64,000 nt of DNA, from the NCBI GenBank assembly GCA_963662315.1, contig OY759353.1, forward strand, positions 3,072,001 to 3,136,000, given 5' to 3'. The translations under genes and the position numbers were made by a program. Shown here in pieces: positions 9,985-20,192 of the stretch (the stretch's first letter is position 1; each line of letters starts with the position of its first letter). The notes beneath the pieces were generated by a model that saw only the letters and a list, made by a program, of their open reading frames with translations, had not been told where the DNA came from and did not search any database. The stretch comes from Geopsychrobacteraceae bacterium. GTDB lineage: Bacteria > Desulfobacterota > Desulfuromonadia > Desulfuromonadales > Geopsychrobacteraceae.

Positions 9985-11826
9985 ATGGCAGAAAATTGCG
10001 ATCAGGTTACCCCGTTTTTATTCAACAGGCCGGAAGGTGGTTTCAGTTCCCTGGTCCGTAAAAAAATATATGGCGCCTTGGAACTGACTGCTGGTCTGAA
10101 ACGCTGTCAGCATCTGTATGAGCAAATACCCCGGCAAGATTGTCTAACCGATTTTACCCGGCATGCTCTGGCAAAAATGGCTGTTGATTACCAGGTAAGT
10201 AACGAGGCGATATCCCGTATCCCCCAATCCGGAGCCTGTGTGTTGGTGGCTAACCATCCTTATGGTGGTATTGAAGGAGTCGTCCTGCTGCATTTGCTCA
10301 GTCGGGTACGTCCTGATTTTAAGGTGATGGGGAACTTTCTGCTGGGGAGGGTTCCGCAATTGCGCAACCACCTTATTGAAGTCGATCCTTTTGGAGGCAG
10401 CAGTGCTGCGCGCAGCAACGTCATCCCTATGCGTCAGGCCCGGCAACTATTGCGGGATGGTGGTTTACTGGTCATCTTTCCCGCCGGTGAGGTTTCTTCC
10501 TGGCAATCATGGCGCAGCGGGATTGTTGATTCGGCCTGGAGCATTAATGTCGGGCGACTGGTCCGCAGCAGTAAAGCTCCTGTGTTGCCGGTCTATTTTC
10601 CCGGACATAACGGACCGCTGTTCCAGGTCGCCGGTATGGTTCATTCCCGCCTGCGCACTTTCCTGTTGCCGCGCATGTTGCTGAATCGCCAGCAGCGCAT
10701 TCTGAGTCCCGTTATCGGCAATCAGATTCCGGCCAAACGCTGTGCCGCGTTCGAAGATGATCAGCAACTGATAAACTACCTGCGCCTGCGTACCTACTCT
10801 TTGGGGCTCGAGACAAAGCGTCGCATGACCGTTCAGCTCGCGTCCAAATCAGAACAGGGACGCGAGACAGCGGTCATCGAACCGGTAGCGGTGGAGCTGT
10901 TGAAACAGGATCTTGAGGCGTTACCCGAACAGCAACGGCTTGTCGATAGCGGTGAATATTCCGTTTTTTATGGGACCGCAGACCAACTGCCTCATCTGCT
11001 GGTGGAAATTGGCCGTTTACGCGAACTAACCTTTCGCCTGGCTGGTGAGGGGACCGGCAACGCGGTTGATCTTGACCAATTTGACCGCCAGTATCATCAC
11101 CTGTTCGTGTGGAACCGTGACAAGGAAGAGATTGTCGGAGCCTACCGTATTGGCCAGGTTGACCAATTGTTGGCCGTTCACGGCATTGGCGGGTTATACA
11201 GCTCGTCATTATTTGATTTTAAATCGCAACTATACCAGGCTCTCAGTCGGGGATTGGAACTGGGGCGTTCGTTTGTCCGTCCTGAATATCAGCGCACTTA
11301 TGCGCCGCTGTTGCTACTGTGGAAAGGTATCGGTCACTATTTGCTGCAATTTCCTCACTATCGTTATCTGTTTGGCCCGGTCAGCATCTCCCGCGACTAT
11401 GGGGAGGCTTCGCGCCAGCTGATGACGTCAACCCTGACCCGACATTACCAGGTTGAAGAGCTGGCCAGGCTGGTGCGGCCACGTTTGCCGGTGTCGGTAA
11501 AACCGATGTCCGTTCCGGGGTTCAGCCGCAGTTTATGTGATCAGTTGCTGCAGGATATTGATGATATCTCGGCGCTGGTCGCAGATCTGGAACATGATAG
11601 CAAAGGGATACCGGTGTTATTGCGCCATTATCTCGGGTTGGGGGGCAAGTTGCTGGCCTTTAACCTGGACCCAGATTTCAGCGATGTCATCGACGGTTTG
11701 TTGTTGGTTGATCTACCGCAAGCGGACAAGAAGCAGTTGCAACGCTATATGGGGCGCGATGGCTATGAGATGTATGTTGGGTATCATCATCGAAGCGATA
11801 AGGGTGAGGGGGACGTGGCTGCTTAA
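9985..11826 (+). CDS. olsF: Bifunctional acyltransferase (PlsC-like plus GNAT/OlsB-like), OlsF-type ornithine-lipid synthase
   Basis: N-terminal NHPYGGIEG and IFPAGEV (acyltransferase); C-terminal EIGRLRELTF, DLDQFD, GAYR, LELGRSFV, LLWKGI; AGGAG RBS. Confidence 0.7.
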   Translation: MAENCDQVTPFLFNRPEGGFSSLVRKKIYGALELTAGLKRCQHLYEQIPRQDCLTDFTRHALAKMAVDYQVSNEAISRIPQSGACVLVANHPYGGIEGVVLLHLLSRVRPDFKVMGNFLLGRVPQLRNHLIEVDPFGGSSAARSNVIPMRQARQLLRDGGLLVIFPAGEVSSWQSWRSGIVDSAWSINVGRLVRSSKAPVLPVYFPGHNGPLFQVAGMVHSRLRTFLLPRMLLNRQQRILSPVIGNQIPAKRCAAFEDDQQLINYLRLRTYSLGLETKRRMTVQLASKSEQGRETAVIEPVAVELLKQDLEALPEQQRLVDSGEYSVFYGTADQLPHLLVEIGRLRELTFRLAGEGTGNAVDLDQFDRQYHHLFVWNRDKEEIVGAYRIGQVDQLLAVHGIGGLYSSSLFDFKSQLYQALSRGLELGRSFVRPEYQRTYAPLLLLWKGIGHYLLQFPHYRYLFGPVSISRDYGEASRQLMTSTLTRHYQVEELARLVRPRLPVSVKPMSVPGFSRSLCDQLLQDIDDISALVADLEHDSKGIPVLLRHYLGLGGKLLAFNLDPDFSDVIDGLLLVDLPQADKKQLQRYMGRDGYEMYVGYHHRSDKGEGDVAA

Positions 11827-11956
11827 CGGTGGGTTTGGTTTTATGATCAGCTTGAGTTGATACTAAAATGAACGATAAATACTAGTGAAAAACTCGGAAA
11901 TTATGTATAGTTTTTAAAAAATAAACACAACTTAATTTCCGAGGAATAAGAAACCC

Positions 11957-12637
11957 ATGAAAAATCGCACCGGCAAGCTGGCGATCATCACAGTCATTAT
12001 TGCCCTGATAGCAGCATTTATCATGCTGGATCTCCACCAGTATCTGACCCTCAGCTACCTGAAAAGCCAGCAGCAGGCCTTCGATGCGTATTATCAGCAC
12101 CACCAACTGGCATCTCTTCTCATCTACTTTTGTGTCTATGTTCTGGTGACCGCCCTGTCGTTACCGGGGGCTGTTGTGCTAACCCTGGCCGGGGGCGGGT
12201 TATTCGGTTTCTGGATGGCGTTGCTGATCGTCAGTTTTGCCAGCAGCATTGGAGCGACCTGCGCTTTTCTGGTATCGCGTTTTCTGTTGCATGACTGGGT
12301 GCAGGCCAAGTTTGGTAACCGGCTGAAGGCGATCAATGCCGGCGTGGACAAGGAAGGTGCTTTTTATCTCTTTTCCTTACGCCTGGTTCCCATTTTTCCA
12401 TTTTTTGTCATCAACCTGGTTATGGGGCTGACACCACTGAAGACCGGTCTTTACTACCTGGTCAGCCAGATCGGCATGTTGCCCGGAACCATTGTGTACG
12501 TTAATGCCGGTACTCAGCTTGGTCAATTGCAGAATGCGGCGGGGATTCTCTCCCCGGCATTGCTCTTGTCCTTTGCCCTGTTGGGAATTTTTCCCCTGGT
12601 GGCCAAACGGGTACTGTCTGCTTTCCAGGCACGTTAA
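11957..12637 (+). CDS. TVP38/TMEM64 (DedA/VTT-domain) membrane protein, the remaining part of a former fusion
   Basis: ALSLPGA, SFASSIGAT, LRLVPIFPFFVINL, SQIGMLPGT motifs. Confidence 0.88.
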   Translation: MKNRTGKLAIITVIIALIAAFIMLDLHQYLTLSYLKSQQQAFDAYYQHHQLASLLIYFCVYVLVTALSLPGAVVLTLAGGGLFGFWMALLIVSFASSIGATCAFLVSRFLLHDWVQAKFGNRLKAINAGVDKEGAFYLFSLRLVPIFPFFVINLVMGLTPLKTGLYYLVSQIGMLPGTIVYVNAGTQLGQLQNAAGILSPALLLSFALLGIFPLVAKRVLSAFQAR

Positions 12638-12990
12638 GTTTATGCCGGTTATAACCGCCCAGCCCGTTTTGATTACAATCTGGTGGTCATTGGGGCCGGC
12701 AGTGCCGGGCAGGTCAGTGACTATGACAGTGGTCTCTTCGCTGGTGAAGGGATCTTGGTCTTAACCGGCCGCAAAGCTCTTGAATTCAGGACAGTTGATG
12801 GTCAGAAGCAACTGCTGTGTCCGGTTGGCTCTGCATAGGTGGTTCCTTTTGATCTGATTCTGGTTGCTGTTGGCAGGAAGGCAAATGTCTCAGGTTTCGG
12901 CCTTGCAGGATTGAGGAATTTGCAAGCGGAATCCTTCACACTGACCCGTTTCTGCGGTCTAATTTCCCCAATATCTTATGGCCGGAGAAG
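12638..12990 (+). pseudogene. Decayed pyridine nucleotide-disulfide oxidoreductase (MerA/LpdA-like) remnant, formerly fused to the VTT domain
   Basis: In frame after the TAA: VYAGYNRPARFDYNLVVIGAGSAG (FAD motif), then a jump to FDLILVAVGRKANV with an internal TAG, and frameshifted TDPFLRSNFPNI. Confidence 0.8.
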
Positions 12991-13050
12991 CAGATAGTTT
13001 TACGGCTGATGGAGCCCTAGCTGGATTTCAGGTTAAGGCCCACAGCAAAA

Positions 13051-15261
13051 TCAGCGCTTTTTATTGCGTTGCGGACCGGCCGTTTTGGTTTTCCGTTTTT
13101 TGGAACGCTGCGCCAGGATAACCCGTTTTTCAGCCAGTTTAATCTGTTTGTCCTGGCAACCCTCGCTGCCTTTGCGGGCATGGGGGTTGACCAAATGATA
13201 CTGGCCGTCAGATTGCAGTTCCCAGGCATTGACCCGATCTTCCAGCTGCAGGTCAAAAATTTCCCGTAACTGTTCGCGTATGGTTTTGCTTGCTACCGGT
13301 ACCAGGGTTTCTACCCGGTATTCAAGGTTGCGGCGCATGGCGTCGGCAGAACCAAGCAGAAATTCCTCGTTGCCACCATTTTTAAAATAATAGATGCGGG
13401 CATGTTCAAGAAACCGCCCCAGAATCGAGACCACCCGGATGTTGTCCGATAGCCCTTCGATACCTGGCCTGATCCGGCAGCTGTCCCGAATCAACAATTC
13501 CACCTTGACTCCATTTTGCGAAGCGCGATACAGCGCTTTAACGATATCAGGATCCTCGAGGGCATTCATTTTGAAGCGGATCAGACCCGGATTTTTACTG
13601 CTATGAACCTCGATCTCCCGGGCAATTTTGGCCAGCAACGCATTTTTTAACTGCTTCGGGGCCGGCAGCAGAGTGTTGTAGTGACGTTTCGGAGTAAAAC
13701 CGGTGGTCAGGTAATTGAACAGCTCGGTGGCGTCACGGCCGACATCCTTGTTGTATATCAGTAAACCGAGGTCACTGTAGAGGCGCGCGGTGACCGGGTG
13801 GTAGTTGCCGGTGCCGATATGTACATAGCGCCGCAACCCTTTAAAGTCCTGGCGAATAACCAGGATTACCTTGGCGTGGGTTTTCAGACCGACGACACCA
13901 TAGGTGACATGAATGCCGGCTTCTTCCATCTTGGTGGCCAGTTTGATGTTCGCCTGTTCGTTAAAGCTGGCCTGTAGCTCAACCACAACCGCCACTTGCT
14001 TACCGTTGCGGGCGGCCTGGATCAGATAATTGATAATGCCGCTGGTTGGGTCGGTGCGGTAAAGTGTCATTTTTATCCCCAGCACCTTGGGATCTGTCGC
14101 AGCTTCATGGAGAAAGCGTTCCACTGATGAAGAAAATGATTCATAGGGATGCTGGAGCAGCACTTCTTTTTGGTCACGAATGGTATGAAAGATGCTGCGG
14201 TCAGCCGGTAACAAGGGGTTGTCAATGGGATGATGGGGCTTGTCTTTAAGCTCGGGAAGATCGAGGCGATAGATTTCCCACAGGTCACGTAGACCGAGCA
14301 GATCTTCAGAGACAAAGACATCTGACTCTTCATCGAGTCCCAGTTCTGAAGCCAGCCGACCTCGGTAAAGCGGATCAATGTGGGGCAGGACCTGGAAGCG
14401 CACGATCGGCGCAACCCGGCGATGTTCCAGAGTTGATTCAATCAACTCCAGCAGGTCATCGGCATGTTCCTCGTCTTTGCTGGTGTTGGCATTGCGGGTC
14501 ACGCGGAATAACTCGCAGCGGACGATTTCCATCTCGGGAAAGAGCAGATCGAGATTGTTCTGCAGGATATCTTCAAGACGGATAAAACGATAGCCGCTCC
14601 CCGGCAGTCTTTGAAAACGATTGGCCCCCGCTCCCACAGGAACCTTGACCCGGGCCAGTTCCGTTGCCGATTCGCCCGGGTAGCGCAGTACGACCAGCAG
14701 GTTCAGGGATAGGTTGGAAATGAACGGAAACGGATGAGCCGGGTCAACGGACTGAGGTGTAACCAGGGGGAAAATATTATCGTAAAAATGATTCCGAATC
14801 TGGGCCTTTTCTTCGCCAGTCAGCTGGGTAAAATCCAGGAATTCGATCCCCTGCTTTTTAAGGGCATGAAAAACGTCGCGCGTGACTTGCTCACGACGTG
14901 GCTGTATCCGGTTGATTTCAGCAAAGCATTCTTCCAGTTGCTGGCGTGGTGTCCGTCCATCAACGGTTATATCGCTGACACCAGTGGCCATCTGCTGTTT
15001 CAGGCCGCCGATCCGTTTCATAATGAATTCATCAACGTTGGAACCGTAGATGGCCAGAAACTTGACCCGTTCCAGAAGGGGTATTTTCGTATTGGAGGCT
15101 TGATGAAGAACGCGTTCATTGAACTTCAGCCAGCTCAATTCCCGGTTAAGGAACAGTTTCGGGTCATTCAGATCGTTATCTTTTGCATATTGAGACACCG
15201 GCTGTTCCGGGTGTTTTTCAGCTTTATCCTGAAGTGAAAATTGTTTAGCTGCTTCCATCAA
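13051..15261 (-). CDS. ppk1: Polyphosphate kinase 1
   Basis: NRELSWLKFNERVL, DPAHPFPFISNLSLN, HPYESF, KTHAK, HIGTGNYH, SILGRFLEHAR. Confidence 0.97.
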   Translation of the reverse strand: MMEAAKQFSLQDKAEKHPEQPVSQYAKDNDLNDPKLFLNRELSWLKFNERVLHQASNTKIPLLERVKFLAIYGSNVDEFIMKRIGGLKQQMATGVSDITVDGRTPRQQLEECFAEINRIQPRREQVTRDVFHALKKQGIEFLDFTQLTGEEKAQIRNHFYDNIFPLVTPQSVDPAHPFPFISNLSLNLLVVLRYPGESATELARVKVPVGAGANRFQRLPGSGYRFIRLEDILQNNLDLLFPEMEIVRCELFRVTRNANTSKDEEHADDLLELIESTLEHRRVAPIVRFQVLPHIDPLYRGRLASELGLDEESDVFVSEDLLGLRDLWEIYRLDLPELKDKPHHPIDNPLLPADRSIFHTIRDQKEVLLQHPYESFSSSVERFLHEAATDPKVLGIKMTLYRTDPTSGIINYLIQAARNGKQVAVVVELQASFNEQANIKLATKMEEAGIHVTYGVVGLKTHAKVILVIRQDFKGLRRYVHIGTGNYHPVTARLYSDLGLLIYNKDVGRDATELFNYLTTGFTPKRHYNTLLPAPKQLKNALLAKIAREIEVHSSKNPGLIRFKMNALEDPDIVKALYRASQNGVKVELLIRDSCRIRPGIEGLSDNIRVVSILGRFLEHARIYYFKNGGNEEFLLGSADAMRRNLEYRVETLVPVASKTIREQLREIFDLQLEDRVNAWELQSDGQYHLVNPHARKGSEGCQDKQIKLAEKRVILAQRSKKRKTKTAGPQRNKKR

Positions 15262-15323
15262 TGCCTGTTCTCCTGATGTTTTTTATATGGCGTTTTTTAA
15301 ATCAACGAACTTTACGCGGGAAT

Positions 15324-15340
15324 TGTGAGAATCATGTTAG
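15324..15340 (-). promoter_or_regulatory. Pho-box-like repeat upstream of ppk1
   Basis: Minus strand CTAACA-TGATT-CTCACA. Confidence 0.65.
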
Positions 15341-15683
15341 CGTTGAGATTATTTTAACAGATAATCAGGGGGGTACGGTCGCCATATAATTGGGGCTGCC
15401 AGGGATTATTTTTTGTCTTTGATCTTTTTCTTAATTTTTGAAGCCTTGCAGACATCGTCCTTGTTTTCGGCAAGGGCGCCACATTTTTCACAGATCACCT
15501 TGGCGTGTTTTTTTTTGACCTTTGATTTACCTTTCAGACAGGCCATTTTGTCCTCGCTAAATTGTTTTCACTGGTTATTATTGGTATATGTAAATTACCT
15601 TAAAAAGATAACTCAATTAGTAGTGATTGACAAGGCTGGTACGGCTCAGAAAAGAGTCACACAGCAATAAAGTGGAATTTGCC

Positions 15684-17246
15684 ATGAAAAAGACGAAGCA
15701 AAGACGTTTGGCCGCTATTGATATCGGAACCAACTCCATTCGATGCATCGTGGTCGAAACTGACGAACTGGAGGGTTTCCGGGTTCTGGATGATGAGAAA
15801 GCAGCCGTTCGTTTAGGGGAAGGGTTGAACGAGACCGGTTATATCTCGCAGCACGCCATTGAGCGTGCTCTGGAAGCTTTGCAGCGCATGGCAAAAATCA
15901 GCGCCGGTCTTAATGCCGAAGTGGCTGCCGTCGTTGCGACCAGCGCTGTTCGCAAGGCCGCCAATGGCAGTGATTTTGTTGCCGATGTCAAGCATAAGAC
16001 GGGGCTGGAAATATCTGTCATCTCCGGTGAGCAGGAAGCTGACCTGGCCATGTTGAGTGTGCGTCATAACTTCGATATGGATCAGCAGCGTTTTGGTATG
16101 GCCGATATCGGTGGTGGCAGTGTTGAAATTGTCACGGCCAGCGGCCGTCATGTTGAGGATGTCTGCTCTTTGGAATTGGGAGCAGTTTTTCTGACCGAAA
16201 AGTTTATCCATAGTGATCCACCGCTGGAAGAGCAGTTAAAGGCCCTGCGAAAATATGTGCGAAAAGCTTTAAAGCGGCATAAGGTCGGGGATGGTCTGCC
16301 GCTGAACTGCCTGGTTGGCTCGGGGGGAACCATGACCAATATCGGCAGCATGATTATGGCCATGCGTGCCGAAAAATACGGTACGGTTCATCGCTACGAA
16401 GTGCTGCATTCTGAGATCATTCATCTGCTGGCCATGCTGTCACGGCGCAGTCATAAGGAGCGTCAGGCCACGCCAGGGCTTAATCCTGAACGGGCTGACA
16501 TTATCCTGGCCGGCATGATTCTTACGGACGAAATGATGCGGCGTATGCGGACCAACCAGTTACGCATCAACGCTCAGGGGATTCGCGAAGGATTGATCCT
16601 GCGCAGTCTCCAGGAGCGCAACCTGATTCCTGATCCTGGCGATGGTCGTGACTGGCGGGATTCTATTTTTGAGTTTGCGCGGTCCTGCCGTTTCGATGAG
16701 CAGCATTCGGTCCAGGTCAGTCGCCTGGCCGTAAAAATCTTTGGTGTCGTTGCGGAACCGTATGGTTTGAACGCCCGCCATCAACAGTTTCTCGAAGCAG
16801 CGGCGCTGCTGCATGATATCGGATATTTCATCAGCTATGATGATCACCACAAGCATTCCTACCACCTTATCCGCCACGCCAATCTGTTTGGTTTTACCCC
16901 GCGTGAACGTGAGCTGATCGCCAATCTGGCCCGTTACCACCGCAAGGGCAAGCCGAAAAAACATCATGAGAATTATGCACCCTTAAGCCCGGATGACCAA
17001 CTGCTGGTGCGGCGCTTGGGTGGAGTATTGCGGCTAGCCGATGGTCTTGACCGGCGACGTAACAGCCAGGTGGCCGATATTGATTGTCGGCTTGAGCAGG
17101 GCGTATTTTCCATTCAGCTGCAAGGAGCGAGTGATCTGTCCGTGGAAGTGTATGGGGCGCGGAGTAAAGGTAACCTGTTTGAGGCAGCTTTTGATTGCAG
17201 TCTTGATGTCACGATAGAGGAGCTTTTGTGCGACGCGTTATCCTGA
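15684..17246 (+). CDS. ppx: Exopolyphosphatase Ppx/GppA with C-terminal HD domain
   Basis: AAIDIGTNS, ATSAVRKA, ISGEQEA, DIGGGSVE, GIREG, AALLHDIG, HHKHS. Confidence 0.95.
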   Translation: MKKTKQRRLAAIDIGTNSIRCIVVETDELEGFRVLDDEKAAVRLGEGLNETGYISQHAIERALEALQRMAKISAGLNAEVAAVVATSAVRKAANGSDFVADVKHKTGLEISVISGEQEADLAMLSVRHNFDMDQQRFGMADIGGGSVEIVTASGRHVEDVCSLELGAVFLTEKFIHSDPPLEEQLKALRKYVRKALKRHKVGDGLPLNCLVGSGGTMTNIGSMIMAMRAEKYGTVHRYEVLHSEIIHLLAMLSRRSHKERQATPGLNPERADIILAGMILTDEMMRRMRTNQLRINAQGIREGLILRSLQERNLIPDPGDGRDWRDSIFEFARSCRFDEQHSVQVSRLAVKIFGVVAEPYGLNARHQQFLEAAALLHDIGYFISYDDHHKHSYHLIRHANLFGFTPRERELIANLARYHRKGKPKKHHENYAPLSPDDQLLVRRLGGVLRLADGLDRRRNSQVADIDCRLEQGVFSIQLQGASDLSVEVYGARSKGNLFEAAFDCSLDVTIEELLCDALS

Positions 17247-17728
17247 TTCGCCATGCCAAGTCAGATTGGGGCAATCCCGATCTAAATGATTTTGAGCGTC
17301 CGCTCAACGGGCGGGGTAAAAAAGCGGCACCTCTGATGGGGCAGTATCTGGCTTCAGGACCCTGGATTCCCGATTACCTGGCCAGTAGCCCGGCCAAACG
17401 TGCCCGCAAAACAGCTCGGTTGATAGCTGCTGAGCTTGACTTCGACAAAGGAGCGATTGTTTACCAGGATAGCATTTATGATGCCAGGGTTGCTGTTTTA
17501 CAGAATGTCCTGAAGGGGCTCCCCGATGTTGCCTGCCCGGCCCTGATCGGGCACAACCCCGGCCTGAGTGAGCTGGGCCAGTGGCTGTGCCCGGATGCTC
17601 CCGGGTGGCTGAAAACTGCGGCCGTGCTGATCCTGCAGTTGGAGATTGAAAGCTGGTCGGAAGTACGGCCCGGCTGCGCGACCCTGCTGGATTACAGTTA
17701 TCCTAAAAAGGTTATGGCTGAGCAATAG
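17228..17728 (+). CDS. sixA: Phosphohistidine phosphatase SixA
   Basis: LIRHAKS, DFERPL..RG, SSPAKRA, IGHNPG; overlaps the end of ppx. Confidence 0.9.
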   Translation: MRRVILIRHAKSDWGNPDLNDFERPLNGRGKKAAPLMGQYLASGPWIPDYLASSPAKRARKTARLIAAELDFDKGAIVYQDSIYDARVAVLQNVLKGLPDVACPALIGHNPGLSELGQWLCPDAPGWLKTAAVLILQLEIESWSEVRPGCATLLDYSYPKKVMAEQ

Positions 17729-17782
17729 GATCCATGCGGCAATGTTGAGAGCCTAAACGGTAATTTCACGTGCGGGGTTGAA

Positions 17783-18484
17783 TCAATGCAGGTCTGAACC
17801 TGCGACACGATTGCCTTGCTCATCAATCAAGTCAACCGTGGTGTCCGGCCAGCCTGGGGGGCCGCTCGGTCCCTGGTAGCGCACAAACAGACCATCGTTC
17901 TGGCGCAGCCAGTAGTGACAACTCCAAAAGACTGCCTTAAAACCAGGCAGTTGAATTTTGAGTTTGATGACCGGGGTTAGTTGTCCCTCACGTTCCAGCT
18001 CTTCTTCACCTTCCGGAATGACTTTCAGCTTGTGAACATCAAGGGTATCCGGGCGTACGCTCCAGAATTCTTTGGTGGCGATATTCGGGTTGGTAAATTG
18101 CCGCAATGAGACAGACAGTGCCTGGTACCAGGGGGCTGCGTCAATCGCAACGGATTTATTCAGTTTCTTCCCTTTAAAGGTGCCGCGCATCAGCAGATCA
18201 TTGCCTCGGCGGGTCACCAGCAAATCGGTATTGGCGGCAGGATCTTTGACACTCCAGGAGCGGGTTGCCAACTCCCGGTTGATGTGGGTGACGTCACGTT
18301 CCTGATCAATATCGGTAATCAGTCTGATTTCATCACCACGCTCCAATCGCCAGTTAAACAGCTGGACTGAGGGACCGGTCGCTTTCCGGTAAAGGTGTTG
18401 TTCCGAGGTCATAGCGTTTCCTTGTGCCGGTATCATGAACAGGCCACACAACAGAAAGGCACAACTGCTATTAAGAATAGACAT
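17783..18484 (-). CDS. Exported hypothetical protein
   Basis: Signal-peptide-like N-terminus, AGGAG RBS, 233-aa ORF. Confidence 0.7.
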   Translation of the reverse strand: MSILNSSCAFLLCGLFMIPAQGNAMTSEQHLYRKATGPSVQLFNWRLERGDEIRLITDIDQERDVTHINRELATRSWSVKDPAANTDLLVTRRGNDLLMRGTFKGKKLNKSVAIDAAPWYQALSVSLRQFTNPNIATKEFWSVRPDTLDVHKLKVIPEGEEELEREGQLTPVIKLKIQLPGFKAVFWSCHYWLRQNDGLFVRYQGPSGPPGWPDTTVDLIDEQGNRVAGSDLH

Positions 18485-18529
18485 GTTTTACTCCTGATGG
18501 ACATTGAATGGGGTAAAATAGGACTGTAA

Positions 18530-18546
18530 TGTCAGGAAACGATGAG
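18530..18546 (-). promoter_or_regulatory. Pho-box-like repeat upstream of the exported hypothetical gene
   Basis: Minus strand CTCATC-GTTTC-CTGACA. Confidence 0.45.
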
Positions 18547-18686
18547 CAAGGGAGATTTTCTTTCGTTTCCGGGGAACAAGGTATTGAAAAGTTAGTTCTT
18601 AAAGGATATACAATGTATATACATTTTGATTTCCTTTTTAACTCTTTCAAATTACTGTAATTATGCTGATACATAGTGACTGGCGC

Positions 18687-20192
18687 ATGACAACCCTGGT
18701 GACAATGACCGATCTGGAACAACTGATGCCAGCCGGATTTCACCTTGAACTCAAAGAAAAACAACACGTCACTTACACTGTTCTGGACGACTATGACTGG
18801 TCTGTCTGGAGTGCCGGACTGGTACTGTTTCGTAGCGGTGCCCGCACGTTATGTCTGCAACGCCCTGAAGGTGAACCTCTTGTTAATGAAGCTGTTGCAG
18901 ACAGTGTACGCTTCTGGTGGGAACTGCCTGCCGGGGAACTGGCTGCTCAGTTACAGAAACTGATTGGCTTAAGGGCGTTTACCGCAAAGTTCAGTGTCTG
19001 TGGCGATGATCAGCATATTGCTGTTTTGAATGATGATGACAAGACTGTTGCGCGCCTACAGTTGATACGCTTAGGCCAGGCCGAACAGGCTGAGAGTCAG
19101 CTGCTGAGCCTTCAGGCATTACGTGGTTATGAAGAGGAAACGCAGCTCATCACTGCTGCGTTGCAACGTTTGCCTCATGTGGACGTGCCACCTTTAATTC
19201 TTAGGCAGCAGTTACTGCAGGTCGGCTTAACGGTAGAAAAACCACTATCCAAACCGGACTTCAGGCTTAAGCCGGATGAATTTGTCGAACCGGCCGTAAC
19301 CAGGATGATTGCCCAGTTATTTGCTCTTGCCAGAGAACAGGAGGCAGGGCTGGTTGCGGATGTCGACAGCGAATTTGTCCATCAGTACCGGGTCAATATT
19401 CGCAAGGCACGCTCGCTTGTCAGCCTGTTTAAGAGGATCTACTCCCCTGCGCGTTATCGGCAGTTGAATGAGGCGCTGAAAGATCTCGGCAAACGGACCA
19501 ATGAACTGCGAGATCTGGATGTTTTTTTAATCGATTGCAGAGTCTATCCGGAGATGCTGCCGGACAATCTGCGTCCCGGGCTAAATCAGCTGGTCGAGCG
19601 TCTGCGACGCCGACGGAGAACAGTATTCCGCAAGGTAAGAAACCAACTGGTGGGCCACGATTATGACGAGCAGGTCATAACCTTGCAATCTGCTTTGCAA
19701 CAGGAGCCTGATTATGCAACCGCGCGGGCTCATATGCCGCTGAAACAACTGGTCTGCCATAAAATTAACAAACAGTATCGTGCCATTGTCAAAGATGGAG
19801 CTCTGATTGGGGATGATACTCCTGATCAGGCAGTCCATGCTCTGCGTATCAAGTGTAAAAAGTTACGTTATCTGCTTGAGCTGTTTGCCGAACTGTTCTG
19901 TAACACAGCAATTAAACCGTTGATCAAACAGCTGAAACTACTGCAGGACAATCTGGGACAGTTTAATGATTTTGTCGTTCAGCGCGAATTTCTCGGTCGT
20001 CTGGCACATCGCCGCCAGATAAGTGACGAACAGTTGGCAACTATCCATGGGCTGCAGGCGGTACTGTTTGATCGTCAGCGTCAGGAACGCAGTCAGGTGG
20101 TCGCCAATATCAGCAAATTCAGTGATGCAGAGGTTTTTGGCGCTTTCAGCCGAGTCTTTGCCTGTACGACTCAGGAGCCTGATCAGGAATGA
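18687..20192 (+). CDS. CHAD-domain (polyphosphate-binding) protein
   Basis: EFVHQYRVNIRKARS, LRDLDV, HALRIKCKKLRYLLE, LKLLQDNLGQFND are CHAD signature motifs; start uncertain (18663/18687). Confidence 0.9.
   Translation: MTTLVTMTDLEQLMPAGFHLELKEKQHVTYTVLDDYDWSVWSAGLVLFRSGARTLCLQRPEGEPLVNEAVADSVRFWWELPAGELAAQLQKLIGLRAFTAKFSVCGDDQHIAVLNDDDKTVARLQLIRLGQAEQAESQLLSLQALRGYEEETQLITAALQRLPHVDVPPLILRQQLLQVGLTVEKPLSKPDFRLKPDEFVEPAVTRMIAQLFALAREQEAGLVADVDSEFVHQYRVNIRKARSLVSLFKRIYSPARYRQLNEALKDLGKRTNELRDLDVFLIDCRVYPEMLPDNLRPGLNQLVERLRRRRRTVFRKVRNQLVGHDYDEQVITLQSALQQEPDYATARAHMPLKQLVCHKINKQYRAIVKDGALIGDDTPDQAVHALRIKCKKLRYLLELFAELFCNTAIKPLIKQLKLLQDNLGQFNDFVVQREFLGRLAHRRQISDEQLATIHGLQAVLFDRQRQERSQVVANISKFSDAEVFGAFSRVFACTTQEPDQE

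Noticed and set aside
12492..12764. 90-aa ORF after the VTT gene, and possible stop-codon recoding of the oxidoreductase
   Set aside because: Wrong frame; the homologous frame has TAA, TAG, a deletion and a frameshift, which indicates decay rather than Sec/Pyl readthrough
15413..15683. Pho box for ppx and an 85-aa ORF
   Set aside because: No clean 11-bp-spaced pair on the plus strand; the ORF is low-complexity intergenic sequence
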